Source: Candidatus Eiseniibacteriota bacterium
Lineage (GTDB): Bacteria; Eisenbacteria; RBG-16-71-46
Direction of reading: 5' to 3'
Length of the DNA stretch: 64,000 nucleotides
Assembly (NCBI GenBank): GCA_963744995.1
Contig: CAVUWA010000004.1
Coordinates: 160,001-224,000 of the forward strand
A model generated the notes under the pieces. That model had not been told where the DNA came from, did not search any database, and saw only the letters and a program-made list of their open reading frames with translations. The position numbers and the translations under genes were made by a program. Below, one piece after another: positions 39,401-49,309 of this stretch (its first letter is position 1; each line of letters opens with the position of its first letter).

Positions 39401-40620
39401 CAAGCCAAGGGTGGCCGGGCGGTGCCAATCTGGAGGTGGCAGTCGTCTGGCTTCGACGCGGGGAGTGGGACAGCGCGCACGTCTTGGACGGGGCGGAAGT
39501 GCCGGGCATCACGCCGTTTCTAACGGCGCCGGGGGCCGTCGAGGGCAAGCCCTTCAGGCTCGTCGCGAACGCCGGAAAGTCGTTCCAAGGCTCGATCGTG
39601 CTCGGAATGGGGTTTGTCTTGGAGCCCGACGAAGCACAGGCGCTGATCGCCAGGGATCCGTGGAACCGCAAGGTCCTTTTCCCTTACCTAAACGGGGAGG
39701 ACCTCAATTCTCGGTGGGACCAGTCGCCGAGCCGGTGGGTTATCAACTTCCAAGACTGGCCCCTGGATCGCGAGAGTGCGCCCGCACGTTACGTCGGTCC
39801 GGTCGCAGCGGACTTTCCTGACTGCCTACGGATCGTGGAGGAGAGAGTGAGGCCCGGGAGGGCGAGGCTCGCAAACGGCGATGCAACGGCCCGAGATCGT
39901 GCGAGGAGATGGTGGCAGTTTGCCCGACAAACGATGAATCTCTACGCCGCGATCGCAGACATGGTGAAGGTACTGGTGGTCTGCCGTGTGACTCATCACC
40001 TCGCGCCCGCCCTAGTTTCAGCAGATCAGGTCTTTGCGGACCGCTTGTACGTCTTTTCGCTACAAAGTCCAGGCGAATTCGCTGTCGTGCAGTCCTCGGT
40101 TCACGATGCGTGGGCACGCAAGTACTCCTCGACCTTCGAAACTAGGCTGAACTATTCAGCCACAGACTGCTTCGAAACGTTCCCTTTTCCGCCCTCGCTT
40201 GAGTCGCTTCGCTCTTTGGGGGACCGCTACGACGCCTGTCGCCGCGCAATCATGACAGGGAGAAAAGAAGGGCTGACGGCGACCTATAATCGCTTCCACT
40301 CCGAGGCGGAGCACTCCGCAGATGTCGTCGAGCTGCGCGAACTCCACGTCGAAATGGACCGCGCCCTCGCGGCTGCCTACGGCTGGTCCGAACTCGACCT
40401 TGGCCACGATTTCCATCAGACGAGGAACGGCCTTCGCTTCACGCTCAGCGAGAAAGCGCACCGCGACGTGCTCGGGCGACTCCTCAAACTCAACCACGAT
40501 CGCTATGCCGAGGAGGTTGCGCAGGGGCTACACGATGTCGGCGCCAAGAGGCCCAAAGAGAAGTCCGCCCGACGCAAGCCAGCGACCCCACCAACATCAG
40601 GGCAAACCGAGCTACTGTGA
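36469..40620 (+). CDS. drmMI: DISARM adenine methyltransferase (type IIG/Eco57I-like)
   Basis: GTYYTP, DFAMGSGAFL, GVDKNP, NPPF, TRD-like C-terminus; ATGA overlap with drmD. Confidence 0.88.
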   Translation: MSRAVAQQHLLWLHLAEHSGPFLSLPALLRAFPQGLEKPPRGVVEALRDRRDEWRAAIEGPRPDLAVHRQWCRFVLRELLRWPDDCVRESGTGVVLPSAPAPLNRETLGPDLALLNPSGHAQGDAVRLLVQLHLPAQALDEPIPGRPWRASPVDRMVELLRGTGIRLGVVTNGEQWQLVSLAPEKMPGLANWDVDLWFDERVTLEAFSTLLEAKRFFSVAPADTLEALFDESAEHQHEVTDQLGKQVRRAVEVLVQAIDQADRDAGGELLKGVAPTVVYEAALTVMMRLVFLFSAEERGLIGQGVPLYDLHHAVSTLREQLQDSADQHGEETLETRHDAWVRLLATFRLIHGGASHEDLSVPAYGGSLFDPDRFTFLEGRPPGTHWRHKPAEPLPVSNRTVLHLLSALQVIKVNTPGAGGEVRRLSFRSLDIENIGHVYEGLLDHTALRASLPNAPILGLVGKSEPEIPLPTLEGVKQKGEQALIRYLKDETGKSAKSIERALAQPVMRDEARALRACGQDAGLYERVKPWLGMVRDDTLQYPIIVPEGSVYVTAGVERRSTGTYYTPRSLTEPIVRHALEPVVFEGPAEGLAPEEWRLRPPDELLSLRVCDFAMGSGAFLVQACRYLAERLVEAWEAVERGAPAGVRITPEGERSRGAPSERLIPVDADERRIMAMRLVADRCLYGVDKNPMAVEMAKLSLWLATLQRDRPFNFLDHALRAGDSLLGVSRAEHLEFFDLQPAAGQQITILSEMVRPALAAAGARRRELESFPVLDIADAERKAALLAEADAKLADLRAIADLLVGCSLAGQRRGVDRKALVAAARERVASALDVRSSPDDRRTRIAEIETEARHLLDDGKPPSLASRQPFHWALEFPEVFERGGFDAMVANPPFQGGQKITGSLGTDYRDYLVQVIAAGRRGSADLAAYFMLRVAHLLRDAGTLGMIATNTIAQGATREVGLEQLLGDGFVSPRAVASQGWPGGANLEVAVVWLRRGEWDSAHVLDGAEVPGITPFLTAPGAVEGKPFRLVANAGKSFQGSIVLGMGFVLEPDEAQALIARDPWNRKVLFPYLNGEDLNSRWDQSPSRWVINFQDWPLDRESAPARYVGPVAADFPDCLRIVEERVRPGRARLANGDATARDRARRWWQFARQTMNLYAAIADMVKVLVVCRVTHHLAPALVSADQVFADRLYVFSLQSPGEFAVVQSSVHDAWARKYSSTFETRLNYSATDCFETFPFPPSLESLRSLGDRYDACRRAIMTGRKEGLTATYNRFHSEAEHSADVVELRELHVEMDRALAAAYGWSELDLGHDFHQTRNGLRFTLSEKAHRDVLGRLLKLNHDRYAEEVAQGLHDVGAKRPKEKSARRKPATPPTSGQTELL

Positions 40621-40630
40621 GGGGACAGCC

Positions 40631-41227
40631 ATGATCGGTGCCCTCGAGCTGCTTGAAGGCTCTGGCCTCACAGCCCCGGGACTAAGTACATGGGGTGCCG
40701 CGCTTCCGTCGACGAGGCCTGGCGTCTATGTAATCGAGTTCGAGTCGCCGCCCAGCCAGCCGCCATTCGACCTGGCTCGCATTGACGCTTGGCTGGAGTA
40801 CGTGCCTGAACTGCGTCTCTACGGCTTGCGGCCCAAGTCGTTGGAGGTTGCTGAGGCGCTCGCGCGATGGTGGTGGCCGCAGTCGCGTGTTGCATACATC
40901 GGATGCACCGTCCGCCAGACTTTGGCGACACGGGTCCGGCAGTTCGTGAAGCACCAGCTTGGCGATCAGAGACCGCATCGCGGGGGGCAGTGGCTCAAGA
41001 CATTCGCGCCTACCGTTGAGCTCCAAGTATGGTGGGCAGAGACTTCTGCTGCCGAGGCTGAGGACACCGAGACAAGACTGCTCGGCCACTTCAGGAGCGC
41101 GTTGATCGCCTTGGACCCGACGATGGCCCAGCGTCCCATGGTTGAGACGCTTCCCTTCGCGAACCTCCAGACGGGTTCGGGCGCAATCAAACCGCATGGC
41201 CTCACTGGCCAGGTGAGAACGCGATGA
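40631..41227 (+). CDS. GIY-YIG-like nuclease
   Basis: PGVYVI...AYIG...LATRV..F...E..LL..F...LPFAN. Confidence 0.7.
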   Translation: MIGALELLEGSGLTAPGLSTWGAALPSTRPGVYVIEFESPPSQPPFDLARIDAWLEYVPELRLYGLRPKSLEVAEALARWWWPQSRVAYIGCTVRQTLATRVRQFVKHQLGDQRPHRGGQWLKTFAPTVELQVWWAETSAAEAEDTETRLLGHFRSALIALDPTMAQRPMVETLPFANLQTGSGAIKPHGLTGQVRTR

Positions 41228-41306
41228 CGAGGAGCCTCCCTGCCGGGTAACATGGGACCCCGGCCCTGACCGGGGTGGCGCCGTCCTCACAGTTCCAGAG
41301 GGGTGA

Positions 41307-44300
41307 ATGACCGAGAAGACCGAAACTCCGTCTGATCTCTCCGCGCCGTCGGCTTCAAGCATCCGGGACCGTATCACCGACCTCGCGCTCAGCGATCTCG
41401 TCGGACCGCTCGGTGGCGACGCGCAGGAGGAGCTCGACGGCTCCAACCGCCCAAGTCAGCGCTATGTCGTGGGTACTCTCGCACCCCTGCGCGAAGCGCT
41501 TGAGCCAGAGAAGGATGACGAGTTCACGGCCGCCGACGAAGAAGACGATGAGCAAGGCCCGAGCGACACGGGGGCCGCGGCTCGCGTAACGCTGTTGCCG
41601 TCCTCCTTTGGACTCACGTTTGCGGTGGAGCGTGCGTGTGCGGCTCTACAGGTCACAGTGCGGTGGGGGCGATACACGAAGGGTCCGAGCTCCTCGCAGG
41701 AGACCGAAACAGGGCGGCCCCGAACCGTATGGAAGCGCGAACCGTTTGAAGTGACGTCGCCGTCGCTAGAGCTGGTTGCGGGAGAGTTCGAGCCGTGGTC
41801 CCCGGACCCGGGCCGCCCCAAGATATCGGTCCAGGGTCGAGTTCGTGACCGCGACGACTTGTGGGTCATCACGTTGTTCCTCGTGAACGGGCAGGAGAAG
41901 CCGGAAGAGAATCGTGACGAGGCGTGGCTGTTCCAGTGCGGGTTCGACGTACAGGCAGCCGATGGCGGGTCCGTCTTTGTTCGACGTCCCCTGCCAGCTT
42001 TGGACCTGACACGCTCGGATCCGGCAGTGCGGGCCGAAGAAATGGAACTGGGGATGCTCTATCGCGACGAACTTGAGTTCGCGGTGGGACACGGTGTCAG
42101 TGCGGAGTGGGTGCTGGACCCCAGAGACGGTTCCCGCGCCGTGAGCGTGCGGACAGAGAGTGCCCCGCAGTATGACGTCCCGCGCATGGATGCGGTGACC
42201 GCGGATGACGAGCCGGAGCTCAAGGAGCTAGAGCTGGACATGCGGGTCATCTCCGGGCTGGCCGGGACCGAGCTTAGGAGCCGGCTGACTCCCCTCGCTG
42301 AAGCCTACGAGGGCTGGATCGCCCGCCAGCGCGATCGCGTAGCGCGCGGTGCAGACGGTCTGTCAGCGCATGCGGGAGTGGCGGGGGAAGCCCTCTCGCG
42401 GTGCGACATGTCGTTGGCGCGAATTCGCGAAGGGCTCGCACTTCTCGAACGCGACCCTCTGGCGGCCGAGGCGTTTCGCCTCGCCAACCGTGCGATGGCC
42501 CTTCAACGTGAACGCAGTCGAATCGGACAGGCTCGGCGGGAGGGGGACTCGTCAGAGGAGGCTGAGATTGCCGGGCGTGAACGCGACCGCTGGTACCCAT
42601 TCCAGCTCGCCTTCATGTTGCTGAACCTGCCGGCGCTCACGGACCTGCACCACCCGGATCGGAGTGATCCGCGCGATGCCGCTGGTGACCTGCTGTGGTT
42701 CCCGACCGGCGGTGGAAAGACGGAAGCATACCTGGGACTGTCGGCCTATACGATCGTGCTGCGGCGCCTGCAAGGCGAGATCGAGGGGCGTTCTGGCGAG
42801 CACGGCGTGGCTGTGCTCATGCGGTACACGCTCAGACTACTAACGGTGCAGCAGTTCCAGAGAGCCGCTGCCCTGATGTGCGCGCTCGAGTGGCTGCGCC
42901 GTGATCGCTCGGCCAAGGGCGATCTGAACCTTGGTGCTGAGCCGTTCAGGATCGGGTTGTGGGTAGGCATCAGCACGACGCCCAACAAGACGGAGTCGAG
43001 CCACCAGGCAGTGGCGCGGGCACGTCAGCAGACGGGGGACTATGCGGGCAGCCACCCATTGCAGCTGACGCGCTGTCCCTGGTGCGGTCAAGCGCTCTCG
43101 CTCAAGAGCAATGTCAACGTGGAGTTGTTTGAGCGCGGCCGTGCCCGAACTGTGATCGCATGTGGCGACGAGCGCGGAGCATGTCCGTTCACGCTTGCTC
43201 AGGCTCCCGGGGAAGGGCTGCCGGTGCTCACGGTGGACGAAGAGATCTATCGTCGTCTGCCAGCCCTGCTCATCGCCACGGTGGACAAGTTCGCGCGCAT
43301 GCCATGGGCCGGTGAGACCCAGATGCTCTTCGGGGGGGTCGATGGGCGATGCCCGAGGCACGGGTTCCGCTCACCCGAGATTGAAGATGCGGGCAACCAC
43401 AGGGCCGCGCCCGGTCTTCCCGCAGTGAGTACGCAACCACACGGATCTCTGAGGCCCCCGGACCTGATCATTCAGGACGAGCTTCACTTGATCAGTGGTC
43501 CGCTGGGGAGTCTCGTCGGGCTGTATGAAACAGCGCTCGATGAGCTTTGCACCTGGACTGTCGGAGGGCGGCGCGTGCGCCCGAAGCTGGTGGCTTCAAC
43601 CGCAACGATCCGCCGCGCGGATCAGCAGATGCGCGACCTCTTCATGCGCGGGCTCGTGGTCTTCCCGCCGCATGGACTCGACGCCTCGGACAACTTCTTT
43701 GCTCGGCGGCGCACCCCGAGCGATGAGTCCCCGGGGCGGCGCTACCTGGCTGTGTGCGCGCCCGGAAGACGAGTGAAGGGTACGTACATTCGGGCGTATC
43801 TCGCCGCGATGCTCGCGGCGCAGGCCGAGTACGACAAGTGGGATCACAAGGCCGATCCATGGATGACCCTCGTGGGCTACTTCAACACGATGCGTGACCT
43901 TGGCGGCATGCGACGAGTGGTCGAAGACGACGTGCGCGAGCGGCTCGACAAGGGCGTGCAACTCGGTTTCCAACGTCGGGGCCGGCCCGTCGTGCGCGAG
44001 CTGACATCTCGCCTGCCGTCGTCGCAGATCCCACGGGTGCTTGATCAGTTAGAGTTGGAGTTCTCGAAAGCATCGACAGAGGAACGCAAGAAGAAGCTCG
44101 AAGCAGGCGGGTACCCGCAGCCACCAGTTGATGTACTGCTCGCGACCAGCATGGTGTCCGTTGGCGTGGACGTGCAACGCCTGGGCCTCATGGTCGTGGC
44201 CGGGCAGCCCAAGACGACGTCAGAATACATCCAGGCCACGAGCCGTGTCGGACGCAAGTTCCCTGGGCTCGTCCTGGTCGCGCTCAACTGGGCTCGGCCG

Positions 44301-44819
44301 CGTGACCTCTCGCACTATGAGCGCTTCCGACACTTTCACGCGACCTTTTACCGCCACGTTGAGGCACTTTCTGTCACGCCGTTCGCTCCGCGGGCATTGG
44401 ATCGTGGCCTCTCAGGTGTCTTGGTCTCCCTTGTGCGTCTGACTGAGTCGAGGCTCAACGGAAACCACAGTGCCGAGGCATTCAAGCCAGACGACGCTCT
44501 CGTTCGCGCTGCAATAGAGACGATCCTCGCGCGCGTCGAGGCTGTTACGGGCGACCCGCAGCGCGTGGATGAGGTCCGGAGGCTCTTGAAGCGACGGGTG
44601 GATGTCTGGCACCAGCGCGCGCGCCGAGCAGCGCAAGGCAGCCGGCTTGGTTACGAAATGCGTCGCGATGGCAGCACGGCCGGGCTGCTGACTCCCGCCG
44701 AGGCGGGCTCGTGGGACACATTCACTTGCCTCTCATCCCTGCGCGACGTCGAGCCCTCGGTGAATCTTGTGTTTGACGACTACCGTATGGATGAGTTGCC
44801 CGAGACGGAGGCGCCATGA
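41307..44819 (+). CDS. drmA: DISARM helicase
   Basis: WFPTGGGKTEAY, RYTLRLLTVQQFQR, QDELH, STAT, SVGVDV, YIQATSRVGR. Confidence 0.92.
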   Translation: MTEKTETPSDLSAPSASSIRDRITDLALSDLVGPLGGDAQEELDGSNRPSQRYVVGTLAPLREALEPEKDDEFTAADEEDDEQGPSDTGAAARVTLLPSSFGLTFAVERACAALQVTVRWGRYTKGPSSSQETETGRPRTVWKREPFEVTSPSLELVAGEFEPWSPDPGRPKISVQGRVRDRDDLWVITLFLVNGQEKPEENRDEAWLFQCGFDVQAADGGSVFVRRPLPALDLTRSDPAVRAEEMELGMLYRDELEFAVGHGVSAEWVLDPRDGSRAVSVRTESAPQYDVPRMDAVTADDEPELKELELDMRVISGLAGTELRSRLTPLAEAYEGWIARQRDRVARGADGLSAHAGVAGEALSRCDMSLARIREGLALLERDPLAAEAFRLANRAMALQRERSRIGQARREGDSSEEAEIAGRERDRWYPFQLAFMLLNLPALTDLHHPDRSDPRDAAGDLLWFPTGGGKTEAYLGLSAYTIVLRRLQGEIEGRSGEHGVAVLMRYTLRLLTVQQFQRAAALMCALEWLRRDRSAKGDLNLGAEPFRIGLWVGISTTPNKTESSHQAVARARQQTGDYAGSHPLQLTRCPWCGQALSLKSNVNVELFERGRARTVIACGDERGACPFTLAQAPGEGLPVLTVDEEIYRRLPALLIATVDKFARMPWAGETQMLFGGVDGRCPRHGFRSPEIEDAGNHRAAPGLPAVSTQPHGSLRPPDLIIQDELHLISGPLGSLVGLYETALDELCTWTVGGRRVRPKLVASTATIRRADQQMRDLFMRGLVVFPPHGLDASDNFFARRRTPSDESPGRRYLAVCAPGRRVKGTYIRAYLAAMLAAQAEYDKWDHKADPWMTLVGYFNTMRDLGGMRRVVEDDVRERLDKGVQLGFQRRGRPVVRELTSRLPSSQIPRVLDQLELEFSKASTEERKKKLEAGGYPQPPVDVLLATSMVSVGVDVQRLGLMVVAGQPKTTSEYIQATSRVGRKFPGLVLVALNWARPRDLSHYERFRHFHATFYRHVEALSVTPFAPRALDRGLSGVLVSLVRLTESRLNGNHSAEAFKPDDALVRAAIETILARVEAVTGDPQRVDEVRRLLKRRVDVWHQRARRAAQGSRLGYEMRRDGSTAGLLTPAEAGSWDTFTCLSSLRDVEPSVNLVFDDYRMDELPETEAP

Positions 44820-46702
44820 GCGAGTCCGTCGCGCCTCCGGCCCGTGACCAGCGCATTAAGCTCGGCGAGCTGCGCCCGAGTCAACTGCTCTTCGCATTCG
44901 GAGTGGGCGCCATCGTGGATCTCCCGCATCTTTCCGTGATGGTCATGGGTCTCGACGATTGGGACGTGACTCGCACGACGCTCGTGACTGAGCCGCGACT
45001 TCTCGATGCCGTCCGCCAGCAGCTTGGCTCGCAGGTTCGCGAGCTGCGCCTGCCCCCGCGACCAAGTCATACCCCAATCGTCGACGATGCTCGCAGCGAA
45101 GAAGCGCGAATCGGAGTTCCCGTTGCGACCTTTCCACGATGGCTGGTCTGCACTCGTTGCCGAAAGCTTGCCTCGCTGGGGTCGGGGCTGTTCCGACTCG
45201 ATCCCGATCAGTATCGGCCTGACCGCACGCGCTACGTTCATGAGAACTGCAGTGCGACTGGCCGGTCGAAGGCGGAGGTGCTGCCGGTCCGCTTCCTCAT
45301 GGCGTGCGAGCGTGGGCATCTGGACGACTTCCCCTGGATGCGCTTCGTTCACTACGGAGAGACGGACTGCCGCGGTGACCTGTTCCTGCGTGTGCGCGAT
45401 GCTTCCGGTGAGGCCGCGGGGCTTCTTGTGAGTTGTCGTCGCTGCGGCAAGAACCGCGTCATGGCACAAGCTTTTGGAGACGATGCTGCCGACGCCCTGG
45501 GGGCGTGCAGCGCACGGCGACCACAGCTGCGTGATCACGACCCGGAACCTTGCACCGAGACGCCCCGCACCATTCTGCTGGGAGCGTCGAACGTCTGGTT
45601 CCCGAAAGCGCTTTCTGCGCTCTCCATTCCGACAAAGAGTGATCCCCTTGAGGTCGCGGTCGAATCGCGCTGGGCAGAGTTGGCTGGATTGCCCTCGCGC
45701 GATGGTGTCACGACGCTTCGGTTGATAGGCAGACTTCAGGATCTCTCCGAGTGGAGTGACGACCAGGTCTGGGCTGCGATCGAGGCGCATCGGGCAGGAG
45801 CCGATGCTACTCCGCAAGCAACCTCTTCGCTTCGGCTTCCCGAGTGGGATGCGTTCACGAACGAGGCATCGCCAAGACACTCACCCGACTTCCAGCTGAG
45901 GCCCGTGGACGCTCCGGCCGGTTTCGAGACCACGGTCAAACGCGTCGTGCTGGTTGAACGCCTGCGGGAAGTGCGCGCGCTCATGGGCTTCACTCGAATC
46001 TCGCCCCTCGGAGACTTCGGGGACTCAACCGCTGATCAGGGGAGTCCTCTCGCTCCGCTCACAAGGCGGGCCCCGGAGTGGGCTGTGGCCAGCGAGGTAC
46101 GAGGAGAAGGGCTGTTCGTTGAGCTTGCCGAGCCGGCGATTGAAACATGGCTTGCGAGCTCTGGAGCCAAGGAACGCCTGGGTGTCATGCTTGACGCGCA
46201 CCGAGCCCATCGTGAGCGATACCAGCTCACCCCAGTCGATGCTGGATTCCCAGGGCTGCGTTTCATGCTCTTGCACTCGCTGGCTCACGCTTTGATGCGT
46301 CAACTATCGGTTGAATGCGGCTACACCCTCGCGAGCATCCGCGAGCGTATCTATGCGCGCGATGCCGACGAGCACGGCCCGGCCATGGCGGGGTTGCTCC
46401 TCTACACGGCAGCTCCGGACAGCGAGGGCACGCTCGGGGGCCTCGTACGTCTCGGGGAGCCGCAGCAGTTCGGTCGATTGCTCGGGGCCTGCCTGCACGA
46501 GGCAGAGATGTGTTCGTCGGATCCACTCTGCGCTGAGCACGATTCCTCTGGATCAGGGCACGATCTTCACGCAGCGGCGTGTCATGCGTGCCTGTTCGTG
46601 CCCGAAACGAGCTGCGAGCGCTCGAACCGGTACCTTGATCGCGCCGTGCTGGCACCGGTCTTCGGGCATGAGCAAGGTGCGTTCTTCGAGCACCGTACGT
46701 GA
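44816..46702 (+). CDS. drmB: DISARM DUF1998 protein
   Basis: RPSQLLFAFGVGA, CERGHLDDFPW, LHSLAHALMR, CSSDPLC, ACHAC...ETSCE. Confidence 0.92.
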   Translation: MSESVAPPARDQRIKLGELRPSQLLFAFGVGAIVDLPHLSVMVMGLDDWDVTRTTLVTEPRLLDAVRQQLGSQVRELRLPPRPSHTPIVDDARSEEARIGVPVATFPRWLVCTRCRKLASLGSGLFRLDPDQYRPDRTRYVHENCSATGRSKAEVLPVRFLMACERGHLDDFPWMRFVHYGETDCRGDLFLRVRDASGEAAGLLVSCRRCGKNRVMAQAFGDDAADALGACSARRPQLRDHDPEPCTETPRTILLGASNVWFPKALSALSIPTKSDPLEVAVESRWAELAGLPSRDGVTTLRLIGRLQDLSEWSDDQVWAAIEAHRAGADATPQATSSLRLPEWDAFTNEASPRHSPDFQLRPVDAPAGFETTVKRVVLVERLREVRALMGFTRISPLGDFGDSTADQGSPLAPLTRRAPEWAVASEVRGEGLFVELAEPAIETWLASSGAKERLGVMLDAHRAHRERYQLTPVDAGFPGLRFMLLHSLAHALMRQLSVECGYTLASIRERIYARDADEHGPAMAGLLLYTAAPDSEGTLGGLVRLGEPQQFGRLLGACLHEAEMCSSDPLCAEHDSSGSGHDLHAAACHACLFVPETSCERSNRYLDRAVLAPVFGHEQGAFFEHRT

Positions 46703-47505
46703 GTGCGCCGGCACTAAGCCGCCTGCATGACGCCATTGGGGCGTTCGGGTGGCGGGTGAGTCCGACGAGTGTCAGACAGCTCGCAGAGGACCTCCTGGCC
46801 GAATCGGAATTGGGCGAGGAGGTCATTTCCAGAGTCACAGCGCGCATGTCTGATCCTTCGTCGCGAGGGGAGGCCGTTCGGCTGATTGAGCAGTGGCGCG
46901 CCGCGACAGCGGGGGCGCCGCAGTCACTCGCTTGGGCAATGCTTGGGTCCAGCGCAGCGGCTCGATCACGCGATCGTGAGGAGCGAACAGAGCTCGTCTG
47001 GAGTGGGCCGGCGCCGGACGGAACAGGCATGCGCCGGACCGACGAGGCGTTGCTGGAGGTCGTGCGCGAGGCTCGTAGGGTGCTTACCCTGGTGACGTTT
47101 GCTGCGTACCGGGTTCCGGAGGTGCGGGACGCGCTAGCTGGCGCTATTGACCGCCGAGTTGACGTGCGTTTCATCGGCGAGACGGAAGAGGCAAGCGACG
47201 GTCGGTTGCGGTTTGACGCCGTCCACGCGCTGGGACGCGATCTGGCTGCCCAGGTGCGACTCTACGAGTGGCCGCATGCGCAGAGGCCTCGCGGCGTTCG
47301 CGGGCGGACGGGATCTCTCCACGCCAAGTGTGCGCTTGCCGATACGACCGTGCTGTTCGTTTCGAGTGCGAACCTCACGGAAGCTGCGCTCGACGCCAAC
47401 ATGGAGATGGGCGTTCTCCTGCGGGGAGGGGCGCTGCCGCTTGCCGCGTCGCGGCATTTCGAGCGACTCATGGCCTCCAACGTCTTGAAGGAGGTTCGAG
47501 CGTGA
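46699..47505 (+). CDS. drmC: DISARM phospholipase D-family nuclease
   Basis: ELVWSGP, LHAKCALAD (HKD), SSANLT, NMEMG. Confidence 0.9.
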   Translation: MSAPALSRLHDAIGAFGWRVSPTSVRQLAEDLLAESELGEEVISRVTARMSDPSSRGEAVRLIEQWRAATAGAPQSLAWAMLGSSAAARSRDREERTELVWSGPAPDGTGMRRTDEALLEVVREARRVLTLVTFAAYRVPEVRDALAGAIDRRVDVRFIGETEEASDGRLRFDAVHALGRDLAAQVRLYEWPHAQRPRGVRGRTGSLHAKCALADTTVLFVSSANLTEAALDANMEMGVLLRGGALPLAASRHFERLMASNVLKEVRA

Positions 47506-47633
47506 GGGTCATGGTTCCGTGACGATCATCGGTCCAGTCTGGGCGGGGTGGGCGCCCAAGGTGCTGCGAGTTGCGTGTCAAACCGAGGGCTTCCAGCAAA
47601 TGCCGTCCATTCGTCATCATCATGAGGCAATGA

Positions 47634-48518
47634 TTGGCCGACTTATCGGTTCACGTCGGTAATTTTCTCGGAGTTGGCGAGGAATTCGAGACGAGTCCGT
47701 CCGGAGCGAGTCGAACGCTCATTCGGGTTCGCCTGGGTGGCCGACGCCTTGAGATTCACCAAGATCCGAACGTGGTCCTCTCCGGCAATGGCCAGAAGTA
47801 CCGGGGGTGGTTCGTCCCGACCACAAGGATCGTCGTGAAGGGAGTTGCGCTCAAACAGCAAGACGTAGTTCTGCGCGTGATCCAGGATGCTTGTTGGCTA
47901 TTGTCGCTAGCCTCGATGTCGCGAGTTGTTCCGTACCAACTCGATTGCCCGCCAGGAAAGATGATCCGCGGCTGGAGTGTGATTGGTAGCGTCGGCCAGA
48001 GTTGGTGCCTAATCGACATTGACGATGGAGCGCATGTCCGGCACTTCCTCGAGCAGACGTTCCCCCGGTTTCGGCGCCTGCGTGATAAACGACGCATCAT
48101 CGCCTGCATCGACACGCTCCTTCACGCCGAGGCTGGCATTGCACCGGTCGAGCTGCGCATGCTGGCAGCGTATCTCACCTTGGAAATGCTCAAGGAAACG
48201 TGGGCCAGGCGTAAGGGGATCAAGTACTCGAAAGGTTCGTTCTGGAGGACTGGGCCGAGGGGAAAGCCAATGCGGTACGGATTCGAGGAGCTACTCAGGG
48301 ATATGTGCGCCGAAGTGGGCATGAGGCCATCTCTGAAACGCCTCGTGCAGTATCGGAATGCACTTGTTCACTCAGGAGGATTGCGGCTTGCAAATCGCAC
48401 AAAGGACCGCGCCTATGGGGCCGCGCAGCAGCTTGCGAGGGAGTACCTGCTGCGGCTGCTCGGTTATCGGGGCCCGTATGTTGTCTTCGGCGCCATGAGG
48501 ATGAAGACCCTTCGCTAG
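47634..48518 (+). CDS. HEPN-domain protein (ApeA-like)
   Basis: WLLSLA, C-terminal YRNALVHSG and LLRLLGY; start uncertain. Confidence 0.65.
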   Translation: MADLSVHVGNFLGVGEEFETSPSGASRTLIRVRLGGRRLEIHQDPNVVLSGNGQKYRGWFVPTTRIVVKGVALKQQDVVLRVIQDACWLLSLASMSRVVPYQLDCPPGKMIRGWSVIGSVGQSWCLIDIDDGAHVRHFLEQTFPRFRRLRDKRRIIACIDTLLHAEAGIAPVELRMLAAYLTLEMLKETWARRKGIKYSKGSFWRTGPRGKPMRYGFEELLRDMCAEVGMRPSLKRLVQYRNALVHSGGLRLANRTKDRAYGAAQQLAREYLLRLLGYRGPYVVFGAMRMKTLR

Positions 48519-48775
48519 TCTGATGTGCTCGAGGGCTCGGGCCGTGCACCGATTGGGGACGGACGACCAGTGGTGGATGAGACGTTGGAGGAGCTGGGCT
48601 TCGAGCGCAGGGGGGTAGGATCCTGGGGCGAATGCAGGGCCGGCTGAGCTAGTTGTTTCCAGCGATAGAGAGGGAACGTGCGGCTGGGGTCCGGGTCATC
48701 GGAGCTTTGAGGTGGGGGCGCTGCCTGATACCCTGGCAGAACTGTCCCTTTGAAGTGGGCATGGAGGATGCCGCC

Positions 48776-49309
48776 ATGGGTTTTGACCGAGAGCGATTCA
48801 AAACACTTGTACACTACGTGTGCTACCGCTGCGGTGATCCGCAGAGGCTGGGCAAGGTCAAGCTCAACAAGATCTTGTGGTTCTCCGACATGATCACGTT
48901 CGAGCGCACCGGTAAGGCACTCACTGGAGAGAGCTACGTGAAGCTCCAGTTCGGGCCGGTACCGCGACACATCGACGACGCGGTCCAGGAACTCTCGGAA
49001 CGAGGTCTGCTTTCGGTCCGGAGGCCCGAGATGCAGTACGAGCCAACGCTCTTCTTCGCGGCCGAAAGGCCGGCCCTCAAAGACTTCTCCGCCGAAGAGA
49101 TCAGTCTAGTGGATGCGCTCTTGGAAGAGATTTGCCAGAATCACACAGCGACATCTATCAGCAGGGTGACGCACGATGCAATCTACGATCTGGCTGAGAT
49201 GGGCGAGGAGATTCCATATGAGGCATTCCTCGCCTCGCAGTTGGGGGAAATCACGGAACAGGATCTCCGGTGGGCCCAGGGGGAGCTGATCGATGCCGGA
49301 GACCGCTGA
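48776..49309 (+). CDS. Panacea (DUF4065/SocA-like) antitoxin
   Basis: KLNKILWFSD...G...Y....GPVP...ISRVTH; GGAGG RBS. Confidence 0.85.
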   Translation: MGFDRERFKTLVHYVCYRCGDPQRLGKVKLNKILWFSDMITFERTGKALTGESYVKLQFGPVPRHIDDAVQELSERGLLSVRRPEMQYEPTLFFAAERPALKDFSAEEISLVDALLEEICQNHTATSISRVTHDAIYDLAEMGEEIPYEAFLASQLGEITEQDLRWAQGELIDAGDR

